A stretch of DNA of 62,927 bases from a virus. Lineage: Duplodnaviria > Caudoviricetes. The notes below the pieces were generated by a model. It was given only the letters and a program-made list of their open reading frames with translations, was not told where the DNA came from and searched no databases. Every line of letters starts with the position of its first letter. Positions within the stretch are counted from its first letter, which is position 1. The stretch spans positions 1 to 62,927 of the IMG/VR virus record IMGVR_UViG_3300035187_002838, one strand, 5' to 3'. A program made the translations under genes and the position numbers. Shown here in pieces: positions 20,001-31,500 of the stretch.

Positions 20001-23000
20001 TTTTTAGAAAAACTTTTCTTAGGTCGCAGACCTAAAAGAACAATTGCAAAGATTAATCAAGAACTTCGGGCTGTTTATGAATCAGTGGCTAAGACAGTTA
20101 CAGCATACGCTTCTAAGTTCATATCACCTTTTACAAATATTTTTAAATTTGGCAAAGGCCAAAAAGATGATGCTTCTGGAGTCGTTGACTTAGTCAACAA
20201 AACGGGTGCTTCAATTTCAAGCAAGGCTACAGAAGCTGCTTCAAAAGCTAGTGAAGCAATAGGCAAAGCAGCTAAAGAGTCATCTAAAACAATCGATAAA
20301 ATTGCAGGTGAAACCGGATTATTAGGCCGTCTTTTTCTAGGAAAATACGGTAAAGCAATTATTATAGGTTCAATACTTTCTGTATTTTCTGCACTTGCTC
20401 TTGCTAATGTGCAAGCGGAAAAAGACCTAAAGTCACCTTTTGATACATTAATTGAAGATGTAAAGAAAATTGACTTTTTGGCACCCTTCAAGGCACTTTC
20501 GACAGAAACACTGTTAAGTATAATTCCTGCTCTTATCGGTGGCTTCCTCTTATTTAAGAATAATATTCTGACTGTGTTTGGCGACATTAAGAGAGCAGCA
20601 ATGAGCACGTTTGCTTCGGTTGCTGCTGCAGCAGGTGCTACTGGTTTAGCTAACATGCTTGGTGGTGTTGCTGGCGGTGGTGGTGGACGTGCGGCACGTA
20701 ACTCACGTACGTTGGCTGTTGGAAGTATTGGAATTGCCGCAGGTGCGGGTGTTGGAGCCGCATTAATTGACAATATAACAACAGGTATTTTAGTAGGCGG
20801 TGCTTTACTTACTTTCATACAAGCTTTGCCTGCAAAGTTAGCCTTAGGTATTATCGGCGGTATTAAAACAGCCTTGTTAGCAACACTTAGTGCTATTTTT
20901 AGCATTCCAACCTTAATTGGCGCTGTTGCATTGACTGCAATAGGTGCGGCAGGTGTTTGGTTATTCGGTCCTAACAAGGAATTCTTTAAAGATTTAGATT
21001 TAGCAATTGACAAGGCAAGGGAGCTTGTCGGTCTGAGGCCTAGAGAAAAACCTTCAGATCGCGGTTTAGCAAAGTCCGATGAAGCATTTCTGAAATCCAG
21101 AAGTATTGAAAGTACATTTTCATTAAAGCAAGTTAACTTACAAAATCTAGACTCAAAAGACATACAGAAGCTTAAGGAAAAGACCGCTGAATATTCTAAA
21201 GCCATTGACAAGGCAAGAGAGGAAGAAGAACAACGTGGCTCTATTACAGACGAAACTCGAAAAGAACTAGAATTATTGGATGCTGGTCTTAAAAACTTTA
21301 CTGGAAAGTTAGCAGTTAAATCTACTAAATTTTCAGGCTCTATGTCTGAATTTATTCAAAACCTAACTAAAGTTGAAGGTGGAAGTAGGTTTGGAGATTT
21401 TGTTTTAAGATCTGAACAATTTAGAAATGATATAATCTTAGGTATTACAAGAGCTGCAGTTCAAGCTAGAAGATTTTTAGATCCTACTAAAGAAGGTAAA
21501 GCAGCTGCTACAGAGCGACTTGCTGAACTAGATTTTGAAGCTAAAACAATTTTTAATGCATTCTACAGACCTTTGTCTGAAACAGAAAAACAGCTCCTTA
21601 ATCTTGCAAAAGCTGCTGAAGCTGTAACAATAACTAATGAAGACTTAGAGCAAAGTCTGCTCAAGGCAAGACAGTTGTATGAGTCTGAAGCTGATAGGGT
21701 TCGGCTGCAACAAGCAACGCCCTTTGGAGGGTTTAAACAATTAACAGCTGCTGATACAGGATCGCTTACAATTCTAAGAGCAGATTACGATTTATTACTC
21801 CGTCAACGAGTTGCATTTGATCGTGTTAGAAAAGCTGCAAATGCTTACCAAGCAGACTTAGCCGCTTTAGGGAATACATTTAAGGATGTTTTAGGCTTAG
21901 ACGTAGATTTTAATGATATTTTTGCTGTAGATCAATCTGACTTAAAACGTATAAAAGATTTACAAGGTGAAGCTAAAAGGCTTGCAGAACAAATAAAGGA
22001 CACCTCTGATGTTGGACGTCAAAATGAAATTACTTTAAGAATTACTGAAATTAGAAGACAAGTTGTACAAATTGTCGAAAATGCTAAAGTCGAAGTTTCG
22101 CCGTTAAGACCCCAAGTTAGAGCTAGAGAACTTGCTGAAAAAGCTGGAATTATTAACAGCGATCAATTTTACGAAGGCTTAGGAGACGAAAGTGCAAGAG
22201 CTTTAATAAGAACATATCAAAATATTATCGAGAAAATAGATAATGCTAAAATTAATCCTTTAAAGCCTTTTGATATTTTCAGTCCAACTGACAAATTAAG
22301 ACCGGTTGAAACTTTAAAAGGTGCTCCTCAACAATCTTTCGGACAATTGCAAGCAGACATTCGAGCTCAACAAGAAGCAGCTGTAAGACAGGCTAAAGAC
22401 GCTGCTAGAGGCACTAAGGCTGAATTGGTGGCTTTACAACAAGATGCTGAAAAATTCGGTATAAATTACGAAAGTTTAATTACAAAGTACGGCATAAAAA
22501 GTTCTATCGGTGTTATTCAAAATCTTTCAAATAAGTTTAGAGAACTGGAAATTGCAAAAACAAACAGGCAGGATAGCAGAGTTGCAATACTAACTAGGCA
22601 AATCGGATTATTAAAAGAAGAGATTAATAAAGTACCTCTAGACTTCCAAGCTGCATTGGGTTATCTAAGCAGCGGCACATTTTCAATTACTGCCGAAGAT
22701 TTGTTCCAAACGCCTGGTATTCTTAAAGACTCGTTAGCCCTTGGCAGAGTATTTAAAAATGTTGAGGATAAGTTTAGACTGATGACTACAAATGTTTCTG
22801 AAATTGAATTTCAAGAAGTTTTTAAAGAGAAGATCGAGGCAAGTCGTAAAGTATTTGATTTATTCCTTAAAACTATTGGGAACACTCCTGCAAAGTTAAC
22901 GCAAGCATTTGAAAGAACTTTTGGTGTAAATCTTTTAGAAACCACATTGCCATCTGAAGATCTTTTAGATTTTGCAGTAAGTGTTGAGAGGATTAAGCTT

Positions 23001-26000
23001 GAACTAGAAGACCTTGCAAAACGAGGTGGTACACGTGAAGAGTTTGCATTCATCACATTGCTTCAACAGCAACTGAATAAAACTATTGAGTTTGCAAAAA
23101 ATAAATTACCTAAGACATTTGAGCAAATTTTTAATAGAGTAAACTCAACCTTAGAATTAAATCTGACTGAAGCTCAACTTATTCGATTACCTAAAGATAC
23201 TCAAAAGTCTTTACAAGACTATGCTAATTATATTCAATCAAGCTTAGAAAAGATTAGGAAATCAACTTTACCGGCGCTTAAAGAAACTCCTGAAGAGTTT
23301 TTTAAAAGTTTAGATGAGATTCTTCGTAAAACTAGTTTTGTAAAATTCTTTACAGATTTTAGCAAGTCGTTTGCTAAAATTGCATTTGAAGGTTTTGTAG
23401 ATCAATTCGGAAGATTGAAAGATCTCGTTTCAGATCTGAAGTTAGAAAAATCCGAATTTGCACAGTTACCTAAGCAGATAAGAGTTCAACTTGCTGAAGA
23501 TGCAACATTAGTAAGAACCTTTGAAAATTTAATTGAAACTCTTCCAGGTATTACAGAAGAACAATTAAGTATTTTAAGCGAATTATCGCCGACAGGTAGT
23601 AATCTAAAAGCTGTTTTTGATGCATTTGCAAGCTCTGTGTTAGCAAGCTTTAATACGTTGCCAGAAAATGTTAGAAGATCTATAGATGCTTTGCTAAAAC
23701 CAGAAACTGATCCTATTGTAAACCAAATTAGATCTTTAGATAATGTTTCGACAAGACTTGACAGTCTTAGAATTGCAATTGACAATCTTACTGCAAAAAT
23801 TTCAGCACCAACAGGTTATGCAGATGGTGGTTATGTAACAGGCCCTGGCACAGGTACTTCAGATTCTATCCCGGCTGTATTGTCTAACGGTGAGTTTGTT
23901 GTTAATGCTGCAGCAACTCGTAGACATAAAAAGTTACTCGAAGAACTGAACAATAATAGCAATGTTTTTAAAAATACCTTTAATACACCTGAGGATATTA
24001 TTCAGAAGAGTCTTGAGATAAATTCTGAAAAGAACCTGTTAAAAGAACTTACATCTGTTCAAGTCGGTTCTGGGAATCTGAGCTTAGCCAAATTCGGAAA
24101 GTCATTTGGTCTTAAGTGGATGTCTAAGTTTGCAAAAGGTGGCGGAATAAAAACGTTTGGATCTCCTTTTGCAGATAGAGTAGAATACGACAAAGAAAAA
24201 CTTAAATTGTTAAATACACCTTATTTTAATTTTGAAAGTTTGTATGAAATTGTTTCACAAACTGAAAAACAACTTTCTGGTGTAGATATTAGTTCTAAAA
24301 AGGATTCAGTAAAGCTTATTGATATACTTACAGGAGACCTTGATAAAAAATTAAAACTTATTGAATCCCTTGAAACTAAAGATTCAAAACTATTTGAAAT
24401 CGGTAAATCAGGTGCATTTGATACTAGTCGTATACTTGATTATAGAATTAACAGGCCTAATGATATTATTGAAACAAACGGTTTAACAGCCTTGACTAAC
24501 GGCCGTGGAGGACTTAAATGGCAGTTAACAGATGATCCTTTTGAGGCTTATTTCAGGCCTGGTTTCGACATGAAGTACCCGAGCCGATACATCTCAGCCC
24601 AAACTTACAGTTTAAAAAATTCAGAAAAAGAATTCTTGCTACCACGAATGGATACTAGCAAAAGTATTCCCGATCTTTTTGCTAGATACGCAATTTCGAA
24701 TCACGAGCTAGGTCATTATTTTAGCCAAAGAAGAACATTGCCAAATGTTGCCGATTTATTTGATCCTCAAAATTTACCTAAATCATTTCAGAACTTAGAT
24801 TATTTTATGGAACTTCGAAATGTACTTAAAGGATATTCGCATGAAAGATACAATTTTGAAGACGTAACTAAAGACTCTTTTTACGAACGATTACTTTTAG
24901 ATGCAGCCTACGTTGATAAAACAGCTGTTACGGAATCGAGTAATTTAAATTTTAGAAAAGGCCTTCAAAACAATCTTTATAGTTTTAAATTATTTGAAGA
25001 GCTGACTGCCTCAAATATAGCCTCGCTTATAGATCCTACAAAAAGTTCTTGGCTAGTTAATCAAAATGCCTTAAGAACTTACCAAGTACAACAACTCAAT
25101 AATTTAGGTTTGTTAAGCCTAATAGAAATGATTTCTAAAAAGGAAAATTATGAAGGATTTTTCGAAATGTTTGAAACACCTAAGATTAATCCTTTTAGCA
25201 CACAACGCCAAGTTAACAGTATGGTTGGTATTCTGTCGAGTAAGACTCAAGATACTTCTACTATTTTTGAAAATTTGAAAAGACTAGATAAAAATAAATT
25301 CGCTTTGCAAACCGATGCTGCAATAGAATATTCTACAGAAGCTTTTAAAGCAATTGAGGAAGAGATCAAAGAACATAGTCGAGTTGGCAACAGCCTTGTA
25401 ACTAAGACTCTGTTTATAGATCCTTACGATCCATATATAGAAAGTTTAAAAGCTCCTGACAAAGCAAGTAAATCAAAAAACACTAAACTAAGCCAATACA
25501 GCCCTCTTCTTGGCCTAGGTGTTTCGACAGGTATTGCTGGATTTGATTTTCTAAATAATGCTAGCGGAAGTGAATTATACTCTGATACTGTGGGTATTGC
25601 ATCTGTTTTAATGAGACTTAGAAATGCTACTGCGACAGGTCTTTTAACTTACGCACCAGAGGTTGCAGATGCTACTTTGAAAAAGAATAATCCAGAGCTT
25701 TGGAAACTCCAACAAGAAACTGACTTGATTAGACAAGCGTCAGAACGAGCTAAAATCAGAAGTTCTGTTGTAGATTCTAAAATGAAAGTACCTAACTCAT
25801 CTCAGAAGAAGCTTTTAGAGCTTGTTCAAGAACCGACTAAGTCTGACAGTATTAGACAAGGCTTTAACAACTTTGGTTTAAATTTTACAGATGATTTAAT
25901 AAAAAGAATGGGTGATCCTGCAAATATATTCTTAAGCAATAGAGCTAAAAAGAGAGCAAACGGTGGTATATTAGAAGGTCCTGGGACAGGCACTTCAGAT

Positions 26001-27362
26001 TCTATACCCGCCTGGCTTTCTAATGGCGAGTTTGTTGTAAACGCAGCAGCCACACGCAAGCACAAAGATTTGCTTGTTAAACTAAATTCTGCAAAAGGGT
26101 TTCAAACAGGTACTGAAACAGATTCTTCAATTGTGTCTAGCAACGTAATGGGGCAACTTGTAACAGTGCTTAATGATCTTAGGAACACTATTTCTAGAAG
26201 AACGACAGAAGCTTTACCACCTGATATAAAGACTTTAGTCAGAGCTAGAAGTTTAGGTGTAGATGTCGATGAGCTAAAACTTAAGTCATTAGAACCTGCA
26301 TTACAGGCTGAGCTTACTAAGCTTATTGAAGCCGCTTATCAAGCTGAAATAAAAGCCCGTAAAGAGAAAACGCCTGAAGCAATAAAAGAGTCTCAAAAGG
26401 CTCTTGACTTTGTAGAATACTTTGTTGAAACAAACTTGCCAAAATTTTCTAATAAGATTAGGGATATTGGATTATCTTTTGCAGATTCTGTTGGTAGTTC
26501 TTTAACAGAGGCTTTAAAAGGATTGTTAAAAGGACAAACAGAAGAAGGTAAAAGCGCATTCCAAACGTTTGCAAAGAGATTCTTAGATAACTTTACAAAC
26601 ACTGTTATAGACACTTTTGTAGCTGGATTAATGGATCCTTTAACAGGCAAGGATGGTTTAATTACAAAGGCTGCAAAAGGCCTTGGAGAGGGTATTTTCG
26701 GATCTGCAAATAAAGCAACTACAGATGCCCTTAACGTAATTAAACCTAAAAATGTTATTTCTCCTGACAAAGTTCCGGTAGAGTCTAGAGATTTATCGGG
26801 AATTAAAGAAGGAGCCCCGGGAATAATTGATAAGATTACGTCAAAACTGAAAGAAGGTGTATCGGGTATAACAGGTTTGTTTAAGGATTTTAAACTTCCA
26901 GATTTTTCAAGCATCTTTAAGGACTTTAAATTACCAGACTTTTCAAGTATTTTTAAAAACTTTGATATTAGCTCGATCTTTAGTATTTTTGGATTTGCAG
27001 AGGGTGGTAAAGTTTCTGGTGCCGGTAGTGGCACCTCGGATTCTATCCCCGCAATGTTATCTAATGGCGAATTCGTCATAAACGCAAAAGCTACGAGAGA
27101 TCATATAGGTCTTTTAACTTCCATCAATTCAGGTAAGCTTAAGAAATTTGCAGAAGGTGGGCTGGTGTCTACGGCAATGTTAGCTGCACCAGCGATAGCT
27201 GATGTAAAAACCGCACAAGTCAATAATCAATCTTCCCAACAAGTTATCAATTTAACTATTACTGGTGATATCAGCCGCCAAACAAAGGCTGAGATTTATC
27301 AAATGCTACCTTCTATTGCTGAAGGTGTAAATTCACACAATCGAGAAAGAGGTTATCGTTAA
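17001..27362 (+). CDS. tape measure protein (3453 aa) with C-terminal repeats and an inserted HExxH domain
   Basis: N-terminal tape-measure motif QLGQGLSSGVLRGEELNSVLEQTPRLA; three GPGTGTSDSIPA.LSNGEFV.NA repeats; HELGH at 24702. Confidence 0.88.
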   Translation: MSGIQIDVNARTSKSEQDLAKINQSLKSIEQSTTSASRALSSTFIGLGTALVTGGALVSLRNISTEFTNLENKIALVTGRTEQLVITQTRLFKIAEETRGSLAGTVTVFSSFGRALRDAGASTENILKATKTVQQSIAISGSSAESAAAALVQLGQGLSSGVLRGEELNSVLEQTPRLAQAIADELKVNLGQLRRLGAEGQLVSDVVFKALLNQSQKINKEFQVLAPTFQQASNALTDSIKIYVNELDKGLGVSTTLGKLTFSLAKSIKGASDNAFELGNNIRIAFNRNKTTALSVIQPIGRSLVELSKQFLQIVPGLNLTRTLKGDFREALRFIDKEFLGGLITRFNQFKFIDLISVESNVEKAIRKLKRLSPTYWAASGFDVKTIQQVLSTENIRLYGAAFTELADALKGNTEGIGNAFTNLARKVDFSFKAISRYLGFRVDTIIAFSRGQLDTFFVTLSEIVRGITGVRIKFFELKSLFINVAQPGIEAFADAVIDSFNALPEGFLNFVDNVAKGSVRLIQIVGQITRELLFTELNINYKEVLDTILNYITSFSDSVANLLSFDSSLDKLQNFGNKVIEIFREIYDKVIGNSWWTDTINNVIQTSETLWDRTSNGLSRFKKNVIGVFKDIFTNKTSFDFEISKKVSFDDVFGGLTADGLVKTFDVVVEKATKVFEKFFETFPNLAKVALTGIAGALVYSLFPPSVLKTIILTSIVSSLATNSTLLAEKFGAAMTGGSFASTLGYAIGRGAGFFISNFIRDIPQILNTIGGFVSSLFRGITEQLPIIGSAISFIFSLASAVGAAGPLGIIGTYLLGKNLNVFSLIAKIEPIKGLLEFFDLKLGKDDDKKKNKSPGVTGAIFSYLFGNFGKERTIASILGVLDLLGTFESLFANSPLTQMAARGGILATILYGEEATTMFKNGFTKFVAKPLGDALRKFSETKGGGIKTIYDIIFGSGDPLALPSTFAERISLVLRPLIDKVTANIVDYASPKLKAGYDFLEKLFLGRRPKRTIAKINQELRAVYESVAKTVTAYASKFISPFTNIFKFGKGQKDDASGVVDLVNKTGASISSKATEAASKASEAIGKAAKESSKTIDKIAGETGLLGRLFLGKYGKAIIIGSILSVFSALALANVQAEKDLKSPFDTLIEDVKKIDFLAPFKALSTETLLSIIPALIGGFLLFKNNILTVFGDIKRAAMSTFASVAAAAGATGLANMLGGVAGGGGGRAARNSRTLAVGSIGIAAGAGVGAALIDNITTGILVGGALLTFIQALPAKLALGIIGGIKTALLATLSAIFSIPTLIGAVALTAIGAAGVWLFGPNKEFFKDLDLAIDKARELVGLRPREKPSDRGLAKSDEAFLKSRSIESTFSLKQVNLQNLDSKDIQKLKEKTAEYSKAIDKAREEEEQRGSITDETRKELELLDAGLKNFTGKLAVKSTKFSGSMSEFIQNLTKVEGGSRFGDFVLRSEQFRNDIILGITRAAVQARRFLDPTKEGKAAATERLAELDFEAKTIFNAFYRPLSETEKQLLNLAKAAEAVTITNEDLEQSLLKARQLYESEADRVRLQQATPFGGFKQLTAADTGSLTILRADYDLLLRQRVAFDRVRKAANAYQADLAALGNTFKDVLGLDVDFNDIFAVDQSDLKRIKDLQGEAKRLAEQIKDTSDVGRQNEITLRITEIRRQVVQIVENAKVEVSPLRPQVRARELAEKAGIINSDQFYEGLGDESARALIRTYQNIIEKIDNAKINPLKPFDIFSPTDKLRPVETLKGAPQQSFGQLQADIRAQQEAAVRQAKDAARGTKAELVALQQDAEKFGINYESLITKYGIKSSIGVIQNLSNKFRELEIAKTNRQDSRVAILTRQIGLLKEEINKVPLDFQAALGYLSSGTFSITAEDLFQTPGILKDSLALGRVFKNVEDKFRLMTTNVSEIEFQEVFKEKIEASRKVFDLFLKTIGNTPAKLTQAFERTFGVNLLETTLPSEDLLDFAVSVERIKLELEDLAKRGGTREEFAFITLLQQQLNKTIEFAKNKLPKTFEQIFNRVNSTLELNLTEAQLIRLPKDTQKSLQDYANYIQSSLEKIRKSTLPALKETPEEFFKSLDEILRKTSFVKFFTDFSKSFAKIAFEGFVDQFGRLKDLVSDLKLEKSEFAQLPKQIRVQLAEDATLVRTFENLIETLPGITEEQLSILSELSPTGSNLKAVFDAFASSVLASFNTLPENVRRSIDALLKPETDPIVNQIRSLDNVSTRLDSLRIAIDNLTAKISAPTGYADGGYVTGPGTGTSDSIPAVLSNGEFVVNAAATRRHKKLLEELNNNSNVFKNTFNTPEDIIQKSLEINSEKNLLKELTSVQVGSGNLSLAKFGKSFGLKWMSKFAKGGGIKTFGSPFADRVEYDKEKLKLLNTPYFNFESLYEIVSQTEKQLSGVDISSKKDSVKLIDILTGDLDKKLKLIESLETKDSKLFEIGKSGAFDTSRILDYRINRPNDIIETNGLTALTNGRGGLKWQLTDDPFEAYFRPGFDMKYPSRYISAQTYSLKNSEKEFLLPRMDTSKSIPDLFARYAISNHELGHYFSQRRTLPNVADLFDPQNLPKSFQNLDYFMELRNVLKGYSHERYNFEDVTKDSFYERLLLDAAYVDKTAVTESSNLNFRKGLQNNLYSFKLFEELTASNIASLIDPTKSSWLVNQNALRTYQVQQLNNLGLLSLIEMISKKENYEGFFEMFETPKINPFSTQRQVNSMVGILSSKTQDTSTIFENLKRLDKNKFALQTDAAIEYSTEAFKAIEEEIKEHSRVGNSLVTKTLFIDPYDPYIESLKAPDKASKSKNTKLSQYSPLLGLGVSTGIAGFDFLNNASGSELYSDTVGIASVLMRLRNATATGLLTYAPEVADATLKKNNPELWKLQQETDLIRQASERAKIRSSVVDSKMKVPNSSQKKLLELVQEPTKSDSIRQGFNNFGLNFTDDLIKRMGDPANIFLSNRAKKRANGGILEGPGTGTSDSIPAWLSNGEFVVNAAATRKHKDLLVKLNSAKGFQTGTETDSSIVSSNVMGQLVTVLNDLRNTISRRTTEALPPDIKTLVRARSLGVDVDELKLKSLEPALQAELTKLIEAAYQAEIKARKEKTPEAIKESQKALDFVEYFVETNLPKFSNKIRDIGLSFADSVGSSLTEALKGLLKGQTEEGKSAFQTFAKRFLDNFTNTVIDTFVAGLMDPLTGKDGLITKAAKGLGEGIFGSANKATTDALNVIKPKNVISPDKVPVESRDLSGIKEGAPGIIDKITSKLKEGVSGITGLFKDFKLPDFSSIFKDFKLPDFSSIFKNFDISSIFSIFGFAEGGKVSGAGSGTSDSIPAMLSNGEFVINAKATRDHIGLLTSINSGKLKKFAEGGLVSTAMLAAPAIADVKTAQVNNQSSQQVINLTITGDISRQTKAEIYQMLPSIAEGVNSHNRERGYR
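26880..26990 (+). repeat. in-frame tandem repeat FKDFKLPDFSSI (two full copies plus degenerate)
   Basis: Visible in the tape measure translation. Confidence 0.8.
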
Positions 27363-27976
27363 TGACATACGGTATCTATGAAAATGGAAAGGTTATTGCA
27401 AGATTTACAGCGCCATTGACTGTAAGAAGCAATCAACCAATTTCTGTTTCAGATACCCTTTCTCTAAAGAGACAAATAGCAAAAAGAGGAGCTCAGCGTT
27501 GGGAAATTACATCCAACCTTGAGCCCCTCGGCCTAGATGCCGCAGACTTATTTGTTAATTTAGTTACGAAAGGGTTTTCTAACACAGAAGTTGTAACTAT
27601 AGTAATGCCCCAAAACTATGCTTCAAAACAAAATAGAACTGCTAATACAGGTTTAGCTGCGTATGGCTCTCAGTATGCTACTCAATTAACTGTATCCGGA
27701 TTTGGCAGTGGAATTGTTCCAAAAGGTACTTTTATAAGATTTGCAAACCATCCTAAAATATATATGATGACTTCAAATTTAGAAGTAAATGGTGCATTAA
27801 ACATATTTCCCGGTTTAGTGACAAACGTAGGTTCTATTGGCAGTCCTGTTGCATTTACTTATAGAGACGATGTCTTTATGGATTGTTATTATGATACTGA
27901 TGTCGTGAAAGGTATGGTGTATTCTGACGGTATTCTTATGGATACTGGAACAGTTACACTTATAGAAAAGCTATGA
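27362..27976 (+). CDS. putative distal tail protein
   Basis: Directly after tape measure; SLKRQ..KRGAQRWEI pattern. Confidence 0.6.
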   Translation: MTYGIYENGKVIARFTAPLTVRSNQPISVSDTLSLKRQIAKRGAQRWEITSNLEPLGLDAADLFVNLVTKGFSNTEVVTIVMPQNYASKQNRTANTGLAAYGSQYATQLTVSGFGSGIVPKGTFIRFANHPKIYMMTSNLEVNGALNIFPGLVTNVGSIGSPVAFTYRDDVFMDCYYDTDVVKGMVYSDGILMDTGTVTLIEKL

Positions 27977-28554
27977 TATCATTTAATTCAACACTTATAG
28001 CTTTGTTACAAAACCCAGTAATAAATGCTTTTTATTTAGTAAAAATAGGTTTGCCTTCTGGATTTTATTTGACAACGTCTCATTTTGCAAATATAACGTT
28101 ATCCAACGGTGATACATATCTTTCAGATGGGAAATTGCTGAGCGCTGATGTCCCTAAATTATCTTCTGTTGTTGATAGAGAAATTTATAAAGTTGTGCTT
28201 GCTGATGTTGACTATACTTTAGGTGCAGCAATGCAAACAGGAATCGTAGGAAAGGTATTTGAGGTTAGGATAGGCTTTATAGATCCAGCAACTGAAGTTC
28301 CTTATACACAGATTGAGAATACAATTCTTGCATATAAAGGTATTATAGATAGCATAGGCTATAGTATCGAAACAGGTAATACAGGTGAAGCAGCTCTTTC
28401 TATTTCAGGTGCAAGTCCGATGGCTGACTTAGATCTTACAAGAACTCCCTATTCTAGCAAAGAATATATTAGAGGACTGTTCCCTAATGACAGCTGTTTC
28501 GATCAGGTATATGAAGGCTCAGGACCTGTAAATATTAAATGGGGTAAAGGATAA
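27973..28554 (+). CDS. minor tail / baseplate hub protein
   Basis: Synteny; ends FPNDSCFDQV...IKWG like siphovirus minor tail proteins. Confidence 0.6.
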   Translation: MISFNSTLIALLQNPVINAFYLVKIGLPSGFYLTTSHFANITLSNGDTYLSDGKLLSADVPKLSSVVDREIYKVVLADVDYTLGAAMQTGIVGKVFEVRIGFIDPATEVPYTQIENTILAYKGIIDSIGYSIETGNTGEAALSISGASPMADLDLTRTPYSSKEYIRGLFPNDSCFDQVYEGSGPVNIKWGKG

Positions 28555-31500
28555 TGGGATTACTTACAGCAATTACTGCAATAGGAGTGTTTCTATCAAA
28601 AGTTCAGGTTTTTATTGTCTTAGCTTCAATGGCATACCAAATAGTACAAGCTAAGAAAATGCGTAATGCAGCAAAAGCAGCTGCTGAAGCGAGAAAAGGC
28701 TTTGAACTAGTTGTAGAAGCGGCTATCCAGCCAATACCTTTAGTTTACGGAAGAGCTATTATAGGTGGAACGAGAGTTTACCATAACACTAGTAGCTCAT
28801 TTGTGATGCCTACTACTCCTACTACTGCAAATAAAACCTTCAGCACTGGTGCTGCAGCGCAAGCCGGTGACAATTACACTTACACTGATGAGAACGGAAG
28901 TTTAGCTACAGTCACGTATGGTGGTACTCCTGAAAAGAAATTAAATTCTAATATTAACGGCTCGAAAAATGAATTTTTGTTTTTCCAGCAAGCACTTTGC
29001 GTGGGTCCTATCAACGCAGTATATGATGTAATTATTGATGAAACACAGTTTTTGAATGACCCTGCTCTAGGCGATTCGTATACTGAGTTTGTGTATAAAA
29101 GCGGTTCCTTTGTAAGAGATACTGACAATAAAGCAGCAATGCGTCTTGATTATTTTTACAATGGTGGTGTAGACCCCATAATGTCCAGCAACTTTGGGGA
29201 AAGATCTACCGCAACTTTTAATAACATTGCGTACCTGTCAGCTACAATTCGTTTAGACAGAGATGAGCCACAGTTTAATAAAGTACCTACTATTCAAACT
29301 TTTATTGAAGGTAGAGTAGTAAGAGAAATTTCAAGAAGTGGAACAAGTCCAAATTTTTCATATGCATTAGGTAATAATGTTTACTCTAACAATCCTGCTT
29401 ATTGCTTGTTAGACTACTTGCTAGATTCTACCGTAGGTAAGGGATTAACAATTTCCGATATTGACTTAGGTAGTTTCTATGATGCTGCTCAAATCTGCAA
29501 TACAGTCGTACAAAGCAATGTAAATGTCGGTGGAAATATTTGGCAAACTACAGACAAAATTACTAGAAATATTAGCACTCGAAATTTACCTTTATACGAG
29601 TGTAATATTATTATCGATGTTTCTAAACCTATTCGAGAAAACGTTCAATCTATACTCTCAACAATGGGCGATGCAAGACTTGTATGGTCACAAGGTCGAT
29701 ATAAGTTGTTGCTTCAATATCCTGCTACGAATGCTAATATTAATCTTGCAGCAACAATAACCGATGATGACTTAGTACATGACAAGCCTGTGGAAATTCT
29801 CTGGCCATCGGCAAGTGATAGACTTAATTCTTGCACTATACGATATCATAATGAAGCAACTAACTTTAAAGAAGACTCTGTGTCTTGGCCTCCCAAAATC
29901 AATAGCACATTTGCTAGAGGTCTTGGCGCTACAAAGTATGTTGCAGTATCTGGTTGGGAAGGCACTAGCGAAGGTGAAAGACTCTTAAATAATTATGCTG
30001 TTTGGAACGGCGGTTCTAATACAACTTCAATGTCTTGGAAAATAGTTGCACCTTCTTCTGGCGACTATGCTTTGAAATTTACTGCAGACGATGTTATAGA
30101 CATTACTTTGAATACCACAAGTTCTAGAAGTGGGCATACTGGTGTATCTACTGTAACAAGAACACTTACTGCAAATGCGGAGTATACAATATCAATATCC
30201 GCAACAAACACTGGAGGTTTGTTTGGAGCTGCAGCAACCTTAACGGCACCTGATGGTACTACAGTTTGGACAACCAGAAGTGATGCTTATACGTCTTTTG
30301 TAAACATATCTCAAACAAACACCGTTTACAACGCATATCTTGCAGAAGATAATAATGTCAAACTAGAGACAGACATTTTTGCAGAAGGCATTACCGACTA
30401 TTATCATGCTATTGCAAAAGCTGAAGAAACTGTAAGAATCAGTCGTACAGCTAGAACAATAAGATTTCAATATGTATTAAAGAATAACTATTTAGAGCCT
30501 GGCGACATTATTAAGCTAAACAGCGCTACTCTAAGCTTAGGCAATACCTCTGATGTATATCTCAGAGTGAATGAAGTAAAGCTTGAAGATAATGCAATTT
30601 GTGAAGTTGTAGGATCTCAGTTTGATGCAGCACAGCTTGTATGGAGTACTAAAGACTCACAAGCAATAAATGCTATTAAATTGTACAACTTCTTTTTGTA
30701 TGCACCATCGAGTCTTACATTTACAGCGGGTAACAATGTTGTAGCTAATTCTCCTGGAACTTTGACTTGGCCGGCATCTTCAAGCCCTTCTATTAGTGGA
30801 TACATACTTTATTTTCATAAAGTATTAGATCTAGACAGCAGCGGCCGACCGATATATAATGAAATTGGCCGCGCAACTCAAACTCTGTTTTATGTCCCTG
30901 ATTTAGGTGATGTTAATGGCGTTTTTGGTGTAAGAGCTTTTACAGACTCAATTGTATCTGATTTAAGGACTAGTGGCAATGCCGTTAGGCTTAATACTGC
31001 ATTAGTGCCACCAACACCAACTGGGTTTGCTGTAGCATTAGGAGGCGATTACAATCAAGTTTCAAAGCTCACTTGGACAATTCCTGCCTTAAGGTCTAAT
31101 GGAATTCCTTACGCCGATCATTTCTTTACGAAGATTTTTAGAGCAAAAGACATTCCGAATCCGGTATTTATTGAAGTAGGTACTTCAGGTACTAGTGAAT
31201 ATTTAGATATTTCAGCAGAATTTGGAAATTTGCTTTACAGAATTGCTTTCGTTTCAAGAAGAAATATTACAGGAAATTTATCTTCAATTGTAAGTACCAC
31301 GTTACAGCCTAATTACTCAGTTATTCCTGGAATTTCAGCGCCAAGTGTAAATGTAAGTAATGAGAATATAAGTTTTGGTGCTCCTCTGAATGGATATGCA
31401 GGTATCGTATTTTCCAGCGGTTCATCTGAAATTACAGCTTTTATCGGAAATACTCAACTAACTTATGGCACAACTGGCGCAAATACGTTTAGTGTAACCT

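Noticed and set aside
20075-21211. 378-aa minus-strand ORF and other antisense ORFs in the tape measure
   Set aside because: Antisense shadows expected from codon bias; all credible genes are on the + strand
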